This document shows, piece by piece, positions 8,524 to 16,100 of a stretch of 41,689 nt of DNA; the first letter of the stretch is position 1; every line of letters starts with the position of its first letter. The DNA is taken from assembly GCA_035288785.1 (NCBI GenBank), contig DATDZF010000027.1, positions 1-41,689 of the forward strand, in the 5' to 3' direction. The translations under genes were made by a program, and so were the position numbers. The stretch is from Candidatus Norongarragalinales archaeon (GTDB taxonomy: Archaea; Micrarchaeota; Micrarchaeia; Norongarragalinales; SBBD01). The notes under the pieces were generated by a model. The model saw nothing but the letters and a program-made list of their open reading frames with translations. It made no database searches and was not told the DNA's origin.

Positions 8524-9867
8524 TCACAGCTCGAAAGTATCCCCGACAGCCGGTATAAATACCTCGATTTCCTGCCTATCCTTTTCCGCCTGCTTTTCGA
8601 TTGCCGCCTTGAAGTCGGTTTGCTTTTCGCCCTCGCCGTGCACTATGAAAACCTTCTTGAGCCCTTTCACGGCACGGACAATTTGAAGCAGCTCTCTTTG
8701 GTCGGAGTGGCCGGATAAATTCGCGCGCTCTATTTGGAGGCCAATATCAATTCTGCGGTTTCCGGCAACGAGTGTTTTTGCGCCATCGAGAAGCGAGCGG
8801 CCGGGCGTCCCTTCTGCCTGGTAGCCGGTGAAAAAGAGCTTATTTTTGGGATCGTTCCCAAGCTCCTCCAAGTAACTTAGCACGGGGCCGCCATTGAGCA
8901 TTCCGGAAGTGGTGACAATTATGCATTTTCCGCTTTCAAACACATCACTGCGATCCTTTCTTTGTGGGAGCACGTAATGCGGCGATTTGAAGGGGTCATC
9001 ATCCGAGGTAAGGATCCGGCGCTTGATCTCATCCTTCAAATAAATCGCGTTGTGGCGGTAAACCTTGAGCATCTTCTTGACCATTCCATCGATGAAAATG
9101 GGAACCTTCTCAAGCTTACCCGAGCGCATGTAATTTTCGAGGATGAAGAGCACTTCCTGCCCCCGTCCGGTGGCAAATGTGGGAATGATAACCTTGCCGC
9201 CGTGGCTTAGGGTCTTTTGCACGCCCTCCACGAACGCATTCGCAGAATCCTTCGCTGCCGGGTGGGAGTCGGCATTTCCGCCATAGGTGCTCTCGATGAT
9301 GAGCACATCCCCTTCCAAATTCTGGTACTTGGCGCCTTCGACGAGCCTCGAATCCCGCGTGTTGATGTCACCGGTGTAGATGATTTTCTTCTCGTCGAAA
9401 ATTTCAGTTATGGCGGCGCCGAGAATGTGGCCTGCGGGAGTGAATTGTATGGATTTCGAGGAATCCAATTCCCCGAATTCGAGGATTTCGGTGTTTTTGA
9501 GCAGGTGGTTCACATCGCGCTCATTGTATGGCGAAAAGCCGGTGTTCAGCTTGAGGTAATCCGCAAGCAGGATCTGGATTAGGTCGCGCGTAGGCTTTGT
9601 AAGTGTAATTTTGCCCCTATAGCCGGAGGCATAAAGCGCGGGCGCATACCCGGAATGGTCCATGTGCGCGTGGGAGATGACCACCTTTCCAAGGGAGCGT
9701 ATGATGCGGCTGTCGAGCTCGGGGAATTCCTCGCGCTTGCTCTTGAGCTTAACGCCGCAGTCAAGGAGGATATTATGCTTTCCTTCAAGGAAAAAGCAGC
9801 TCCTGCCTACCTCCTGCGAGGCGCCGAAAAATGAGATTTGCGTATTGATTTCACCAAAATAAAACAA
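8524..9867 (-). CDS. beta-CASP metallo-beta-lactamase RNase (aCPSF2-like, no KH domains)
   Basis: MBL motif VISHAHMDHSGY, EVGRSCFFLEG near the N-terminus, and C-terminal beta-CASP/RMMBL motifs (LSGHSDQRELL, VFIVHGE). Start is uncertain: in-frame TTG at 9867 or 9930. The ATG at 10095 overlaps the upstream gene by 134 nt and encodes R/S/P-rich junk. Confidence 0.8.
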   Translation of the reverse strand: MFYFGEINTQISFFGASQEVGRSCFFLEGKHNILLDCGVKLKSKREEFPELDSRIIRSLGKVVISHAHMDHSGYAPALYASGYRGKITLTKPTRDLIQILLADYLKLNTGFSPYNERDVNHLLKNTEILEFGELDSSKSIQFTPAGHILGAAITEIFDEKKIIYTGDINTRDSRLVEGAKYQNLEGDVLIIESTYGGNADSHPAAKDSANAFVEGVQKTLSHGGKVIIPTFATGRGQEVLFILENYMRSGKLEKVPIFIDGMVKKMLKVYRHNAIYLKDEIKRRILTSDDDPFKSPHYVLPQRKDRSDVFESGKCIIVTTSGMLNGGPVLSYLEELGNDPKNKLFFTGYQAEGTPGRSLLDGAKTLVAGNRRIDIGLQIERANLSGHSDQRELLQIVRAVKGLKKVFIVHGEGEKQTDFKAAIEKQAEKDRQEIEVFIPAVGDTFEL

Positions 9868-9961
9868 AAAATAAGGCGAATGTGGGAAACTGCTTGGGGT
9901 GTGATTGGGATGCCTTCCAAGTGTTTCCAAATTCAGCTTATTTTGCGAGCATTTAATTTTT

Positions 9962-10363
9962 TCAGCCAGCGGAGGGCTTCTTGTCGACCTTGAACTTCTG
10001 CACAGTGATGGGCGCCGGAATACCAACAGAGAAGGCAAGCAGCGAGCCAACCGCCATGCCGGTGTATGTGACGGAATTGAGCAGCATCTCGGCAATTGGC
10101 TGGTCGATGTTCTTGCTCTTTTTCCATCTTTCCTCCATCTCCTTCATTGCCTTTTCAGTGTCCTGCATGTAGACCTCACCTTCCAGCTGGATTTTTGCGA
10201 GCTTGGGCTGGTAATCGATGTCGTATGAATACTTGACGCCGATGTGCTTTCCCTTCAGAACAACATCCTTTATGATGAGGTTGAGGCTAAGTGATGTCTG
10301 ACGAACTTCGTCAGCATTCTTCTCTGCTCCCGTCTTGGTGACCTTTCCGCCTATGATTTCCAT
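9962..10363 (-). CDS. hypothetical small protein, first gene of the beta-CASP operon
   Basis: The ATG at 10363 is preceded by GAGGTG with a 5-nt spacer. The 133-aa product (MEIIGGKVTKTG...) has no motif I recognise. Confidence 0.5.
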   Translation of the reverse strand: MEIIGGKVTKTGAEKNADEVRQTSLSLNLIIKDVVLKGKHIGVKYSYDIDYQPKLAKIQLEGEVYMQDTEKAMKEMEERWKKSKNIDQPIAEMLLNSVTYTGMAVGSLLAFSVGIPAPITVQKFKVDKKPSAG

Positions 10364-10591
10364 AAAAACACCTCGAATGGGATTGAATGGGGGATGTGGA
10401 GCGTATGTCCGCAATGAGCCATTAACCCAAGAATAACCGTTGCTCCATCATTAGGTTGGAAAACCTATTTTAAACCACCCCAATGCATCGCGGGATGGAG
10501 GGGCGCGGAAATATGCCGCAAGAATGCCCCTTCCCAGAGGAAAAAAAATGAGTTTTTAAACCTTCAAGGGAATAAGGGATTGGTGATGTTT

Positions 10592-11077
10592 ATGGCAGAG
10601 GAAGTTTCGCGGTTTCATCAAACTGTAAAGGAACGCATTTCTAGGGGTCATATCACTTTCCAGAATGATCGCATTGATAGATTTCATGAGAAGGCATTAG
10701 CTGCATCCGGGGGCCACATCGAATCCCCGCTTATTGGTCTTGCAAGGAAAATAAAATTTAATGCAGCGCATGTAGATGAGGCAACGGGCGAGGTAAGGTT
10801 AAATGGAAAAATAAACGTCGGCAGGCTATTTCGTAAAGAAGCCGGTATCACTCTGGCCTCAAACGGGAGGGAAATCCGGATAGATGTGGATCTTCCAAAC
10901 GCATATCAGGTTCAGGGACTCCATATTTCTGAGGGTAAAATAGGGACAAGGGCGGAACCTGCGAGGACCACCGATAGGAGTGGAAAGGCAGTTCGGGCAA
11001 ATGACGCCGTTGGCCGATTTATCGAGGCGACACGGATAAAATTCATTATGGCTGCAAAAGGAGCGTTGAAATCCTGA
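10592..11077 (+). CDS. hypothetical protein
   Basis: ORF with GGTGAT 4 nt upstream of the ATG at 10592. No recognisable motif. Confidence 0.4.
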   Translation: MAEEVSRFHQTVKERISRGHITFQNDRIDRFHEKALAASGGHIESPLIGLARKIKFNAAHVDEATGEVRLNGKINVGRLFRKEAGITLASNGREIRIDVDLPNAYQVQGLHISEGKIGTRAEPARTTDRSGKAVRANDAVGRFIEATRIKFIMAAKGALKS

Positions 11078-11141
11078 CCTTAAGCCTTCTTCACATCCAT
11101 TCGACATGCGGTTGGGCCTTATGCCTTCTTCACATCTATTC
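11078..11141. repeat. near-tandem duplication of the 3' end of the PIN-ATPase-KH gene
   Basis: CCTTAAGCCTTCTTCACATCCATTC (11078-11102) against CCTTATGCCTTCTTCACATCTATTC (11117-11141): 23/25 identical, period 39 nt. Confidence 0.75.
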
Positions 11142-12831
11142 TCATGCCCAGCTTCTTTTCGAGCTTGGTGATGTTGGCGCCGCGCTTCCCGATGACCCTT
11201 GCGAATTGGTGGTCCGGGACAAACAGGATAAGCTTATTCCCAAGGACCTCGTAGTTGTAGCTTTCAAGCTCGGCATTGAGGATGCGAACGATCTTTTGCT
11301 CATCAACATAATGGTCGGGGGCGATGTCGGAATCCGGATTTTCGCTTTCAGTTTCCCTTTCCTCAAAATTGCTGCCGGCTTTGTCATGCCAGTTTCCCTT
11401 TGAACCTCCGTGCCTTTGGAATTTTCCAGCGCTCCTTGCGCCCCTTCCAAAATTGCCTCCGGAACTTCCCTGCCTCATCTCCCTTTTTTTGAGCGGCAAA
11501 ACCACGGTTTCCTCGCCGAACTTGTAGATTTCGTATTCCGGCTGCTTTGTTTGGAAATCACGAACCTCGATCACCGGCCTTGAAAGGTCCTGCTCGTACA
11601 TTCCGGAGGGGACCTTCATGGTGAGCTGCATGTCATAGACCTTTTCGATGCGCCCATTTCGGACGAAAAGGATAGTGTCGATCACTTGCGGGATCATGCC
11701 CAGATCGATTTTGCCAATGAAGCGCTGGACGGCATCAATTGGTTTCGAGGCGTGCACAACACCCACCATCCCGATGCCGGCAAGCCTAAGGTCGGAAAAG
11801 GTGTGGAAATCATCGGGTTTCCGAATTTCATCGTAAATGGTGTAGTCGGGGCGGACAAGCAGCAAAATGTCGGCTGCCTGCATGAAGGAGCCTTCAAGGG
11901 GCGCATACTGCGTTATCTCCTTGCTGACCTGCAGATCACGGGGCGATTCCAAGGTCTTGATGATCTTCTTGCTAGAGGCATAATATTCCGCAAGCGCGGT
12001 TGCAAGGGTAGATTTTCCGCTTCCAGGAGGACCTGCGATCAAAATGCCCTCCGCATGCGATTGGAGCCTTTCAAAAAGCGCTTCCGAAAGCTCATAATCC
12101 TCGATTTTCAGCTTGGCAATGGGCCGAACCAAGGTGAGTTCGAACCCTTCAGAAAATGGGGGCCTTGTAAAGGTGACCCGGAAATCGTTTATTTGGAGAA
12201 CTGTTGCGCCCTTCTTATCGATCTCAATAAAGCTCTTTTGCTCCCTTTTAGAGAATTCAATTGCCTCCTTGACCATCCGTTCAATCTCATCCTTGGAAAT
12301 AAGATCCTTGGAAAGTTCAGTAAGCACGAACTGGCCGGGAAGCCCTATTTTTGCCTTTGGCGGGCAGTTTTCCTTCAAATGCACCGAAAGCGTGTTCTTC
12401 TGGGTGAAGAATTTGGTGAATGAGAGCTTGGCTTCCATGATGATGGGCTTCAAATACTCCACTTGAAGGCCTTCTGCCTGGGCAACCCTGCTCTGCACCG
12501 CATCGGTGGTCATAAGGACGGCATCTAGCTCCTTTGCTAGTCCCCTTATCTTCGAATCTATTTCACCAAAGCGGGCGTTCTTGATCTCAAATGCGGTAGG
12601 CCTTTCGCCTTCGAATTTTACCTCAATCCTGCCCTGCTTTTGCATTTCCTGGAGCTTCTTTAGTTCCTCCAGCCCCGTAAAGCCTACTTCGCGGCCAACG
12701 TTCGCCTGGTATTCGAGCTCAGCAATGGTTGAGCGGGCAATCACCAGCCGTATTTTCTCATGCCCCTTTTGGAGCAATTCCGAGATGCGGCCGTCTATTA
12801 GTACGCCTGTGTCCGGAACTATTGTTTTCAT
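11119..12831 (-). CDS. PIN-domain / PilT-like ATPase / KH-domain protein (COG1855 family)
   Basis: N-terminal PIN pattern MKTIVPDTGVLIDGRI, Walker A GILIAGPPGSGKST, and C-terminal KH motif VIGKRGANITKLEKKLGMRIDVK. GAGGT SD lies upstream of the ATG at 12831. Confidence 0.85.
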   Translation of the reverse strand: MKTIVPDTGVLIDGRISELLQKGHEKIRLVIARSTIAELEYQANVGREVGFTGLEELKKLQEMQKQGRIEVKFEGERPTAFEIKNARFGEIDSKIRGLAKELDAVLMTTDAVQSRVAQAEGLQVEYLKPIIMEAKLSFTKFFTQKNTLSVHLKENCPPKAKIGLPGQFVLTELSKDLISKDEIERMVKEAIEFSKREQKSFIEIDKKGATVLQINDFRVTFTRPPFSEGFELTLVRPIAKLKIEDYELSEALFERLQSHAEGILIAGPPGSGKSTLATALAEYYASSKKIIKTLESPRDLQVSKEITQYAPLEGSFMQAADILLLVRPDYTIYDEIRKPDDFHTFSDLRLAGIGMVGVVHASKPIDAVQRFIGKIDLGMIPQVIDTILFVRNGRIEKVYDMQLTMKVPSGMYEQDLSRPVIEVRDFQTKQPEYEIYKFGEETVVLPLKKREMRQGSSGGNFGRGARSAGKFQRHGGSKGNWHDKAGSNFEERETESENPDSDIAPDHYVDEQKIVRILNAELESYNYEVLGNKLILFVPDHQFARVIGKRGANITKLEKKLGMRIDVKKA

Positions 12832-12863
12832 ATCTATTTACCTCATATAAGCTACCCGTAATT

Positions 12864-12878
12864 TTTCCTTAAAGGAAA
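12864..12878. repeat. perfect 15-nt palindrome TTTCCTTAAAGGAAA upstream of the PIN-ATPase gene
   Basis: 7-nt arms around a central A, 33-47 nt upstream of the ATG at 12831. Confidence 0.7.
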
Positions 12879-13118
12879 TATTGGTTAGCCCAAAGTCCTT
12901 CTAAGATCCAGATCTAAAAGAATCAGACTTTAATGTCCGTAGCTTTTGCCTTTACTTAGAATTAGTAAGGGGATATGGAGCAACTTCTATTTAAACTTTG
13001 GTATTAATGGAATTGGGCGGATTGCCGCCCTTAAACATCAATTTGAGTACTAAATCAAGGGTAAACGTTCTATCAAGACAGTATATATAATAGGTAAGAA
13101 ACAGCAGCTTTCAAAAGG

Positions 13119-13126
13119 TTTATATA
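13119..13126 (+). promoter_or_regulatory. TATA box (TTTATATA) for the giant surface-protein operon
   Basis: Consensus archaeal TATA in a 338-bp AT-rich divergent intergenic region, about 63 nt upstream of the ATG at 13189. Implies a leader of about 40 nt containing GAGGAGGG. Confidence 0.5.
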
Positions 13127-13188
13127 CTTCTTGTCCCTAATTAGTAGTAACATAATTGTGGGCATAGTTTGTTTGAGGAGGGATAGCT

Positions 13189-16100
13189 ATGAATGGTCGG
13201 ATTATTGGTCTACTCGCATTGATCTTGCTTGCGGCAATGATCACTAACCTTAATGCGACCTATCCGCCGGAAAGCTGTTTGGATAAAATCAACAACGATC
13301 CAGCATATGGCGATCCTAAAATTGATTGCGCCGATAGGCAAAGCGGCGGAGTAGGCGCGCTTACCTGCCCTGCAGGATCTTATCATCCCGATGCGTGCCC
13401 AAATGGGGAAAGCCCATTTTGCGTGCCAGGCCAGGACGATTATGACATGGTTTACAAGGCAGGGTGGATCTGCCCCTCTGGAGCAAATGTGCAGCTGGAG
13501 CTTGGGGAGGAAGAGTATAGGCAGATGACGCCTGAAAGTGGGGCTATTTCTCCTGAAAGCTATTACGGTGACGAAACAGCCGAATCAGATGAGATAGATA
13601 GCTCCTATTACTATTATTACGATTATTACGAGGAGCAAACCACAACTCAAACAACCACCATCGAAACTACTTATGGCGAGAGCGGGGCGGGCTTTGGATC
13701 GGAAGATGGACAAGAAGGTACAATCAACGGAGTTTCATACTCATACCCTTCAGACATGGAAGTTGCAGACCAAGGCATCGAATACCCGGCATATGAACCG
13801 GACTTTGGTTCCGGGGGCTATGAGGGCTACAATTACGATGAATCCGGCTACAATTACGAGGGAAGGTGGCATCTGCAGCAGGAATCCTACTTCCCGCTTT
13901 GCGGCGATGGGGTTTGCAGCTATGGTGAGGGGTGCTATTCGGATTGCGGGCCCCTGAATTCGTACAATAATTACAACTACAATTATTTTGATTATTACGA
14001 TTACGGATACGCTTACGGCTATTGCTATGTGAATTCGCCAACCTACGCAATTGCAGGCGACCGCGTACCAATCCAGGTCGTATTCAATGGTTATGCGCCA
14101 TATTCGGTGCAGGTAGATTGCGGCGATGGCGGCAGCACTATCGCTTACAGGAATGGATATTACAGCTATGGGAACGTGATGTATGCATATTGCCATTATA
14201 CGTATGAGGGCATTTTCTTCCCAAGCGCATATGCTTCCGGCACCTCGTGTTATTCGGATCAAATTATTGTTAGGAACAGGGGGAGCGGCGGAGGCGGGGG
14301 CTATTACTACCCAACGCCAACACCTACTCCACAAACGAATACCGGCAGGCCCATGGTGAACCTGCTCTACCCAACAGGCGGCGAAATATTTGAGGCAGGA
14401 GAGCGCATTGGCATAGAGTGGGATGGAACCGGCATAAACAATTACAGGGTGCTTTATTCCACAAATGGCGGGCTAAGCTGGCAGGTGCTGCAGGCGGACC
14501 CGTATTATTCCACATCCGTCAGGTGGACGGTGCCAAACCTTGACATCAACGACCTGAGAATTAAGGTTGAAGGCCACAGCGCAACGCACAGCCTTGTTGC
14601 CTCGGATACTTCGGGGTATATCGAAGTGGTAGGAAGGGCGGCCATATCTCCGACCCCTTATCCGACAAACTACCCAACTCCGACGCCCGGAACTCCGGAA
14701 TGCGCGCTTACTGCGTTCCCTTCAGCGCTGCAGGAGGGCGAAAGCGCCGTTGTGACGGCAAACTATTATTCACTTGCAAGGTCGCCGAACACAATTTCAA
14801 TTGATTGCGGAAACGGCCAGCAGAAGAATGCGGTGGACTGCTTTGGAACCACTGGAAGCTGCGCGGAATTTTGCAATTACCAGGGCAAGGGGACCTTTAC
14901 TGCAAAGGCGATTGCATCAGGCACGGCCTGCGCCCCTGTGCAAATAACAGTCAGCGAAACATCTGCTGAGAAATGCACCGATGGGACATCGTTTGGCGAT
15001 TGCTCGGAACAGAAACCGAAATATTGCGATGACGGGATATTGGTAGATAGGGCAAGCATCTGCGGCTGCCCCTCGGGAAAGATTGCCAGCGGGAATAGGT
15101 GCATTGAACCCTTCGGGAGCTGCACCACAGCAGTCAGCCCCCCAACCGTAAGGGCGAATGAACGGGCAACAGTTAGCATTGATTATGAGGGCATACCCCT
15201 CGGCACCGGGACGGCCCAAGTAATTTGCGGCAATGGCGATCTGGAAAGCGCTCGCTGCACACGCGCAAGTGAGCTGAGCGGCAGCTGCACCGCAGAATGC
15301 GTTTATGGGGAGGAAAGCTATTACCCGAAGAAATACGCCGTAGGGGCGAAGGTTAAGGGGATTTCATGCAGCTCTGCAAATGTGCAGGTAAGCGCGCCTT
15401 CCGAAACAACCGGAACCCTTCTGGCAAAGGTGTCGGAATGCGTTGGCGGGGATGTGATCGAGCACGCAAAGGTGAGGATCCAAAATAACGAGGATTTCTA
15501 CACCGATTCGAACGGCCAATTGAAGGTTTCATTGGAGCCAGGCGCCTACAATTTGGAGGTGTCAAAGCCGGAATTCAACGGCCAAAGCGCGAGCGTCCAA
15601 ATCAAGAAGGGGCAGATATCGACATCCGAAGTGTGCCTTAAGCCCGCGGGCTGCAGCATTTCAGCGGAACTTGTAAGGGTGCCAGATACGGATGACTCAA
15701 ATCCCGTACTGCTTTACCAGATCAGGATCACTAATAATCTCAATTCTGAGAACGAAATTTCCCTTTCGTACTCATCTGCATTCCAGATAGAAGGAGACCA
15801 GCTCGTTGTGATTGGGGCTAAGGAATCGAAAATTGTGAACGTGCTGGTACGTGCGGAAGGGGCAATTGTGGGAAGGAGCTATGGGATGGTCGCAATAAAA
15901 GGGGAGGGAGATTGCGCAAAGAACATCGAGCTTCCAATCAGCATCGTTGGGGGCCTTAGTTTGGAGCTCCAGCAGCACGACAAGGAATCCTTCGCGGATA
16001 GGAAGGTATGTTTTGATTTCCTGGTAAGGAACCGGGGCGAGAACGAAGGGGTCGTAACCCTGAACTTCGAGGGGGATTTCGAAGGCGAATTCAACGTGCC

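Noticed and set aside
9868-10095. ATG-initiated 5' extension of the beta-CASP ORF (MPRCCSIPSHTPAWRL...)
   Set aside because: It overlaps the upstream same-strand gene by 134 nt, is R/S/P/C-rich and non-homologous, and the conserved MBL N-terminus begins only near 9850.
11686-12423. 245-aa ORF antisense to the PIN-ATPase-KH gene
   Set aside because: The opposite strand encodes Walker A and other conserved motifs. The antisense product is R/G/K-rich junk with no start signals.
13750-14334. 194-aa minus-strand ORF (and several others) inside the giant surface-protein gene
   Set aside because: These are antisense to a region with strong repetitive codon structure (Tyr/Asn/Gly). The products are I/V/A/R-rich junk typical of shadow frames.
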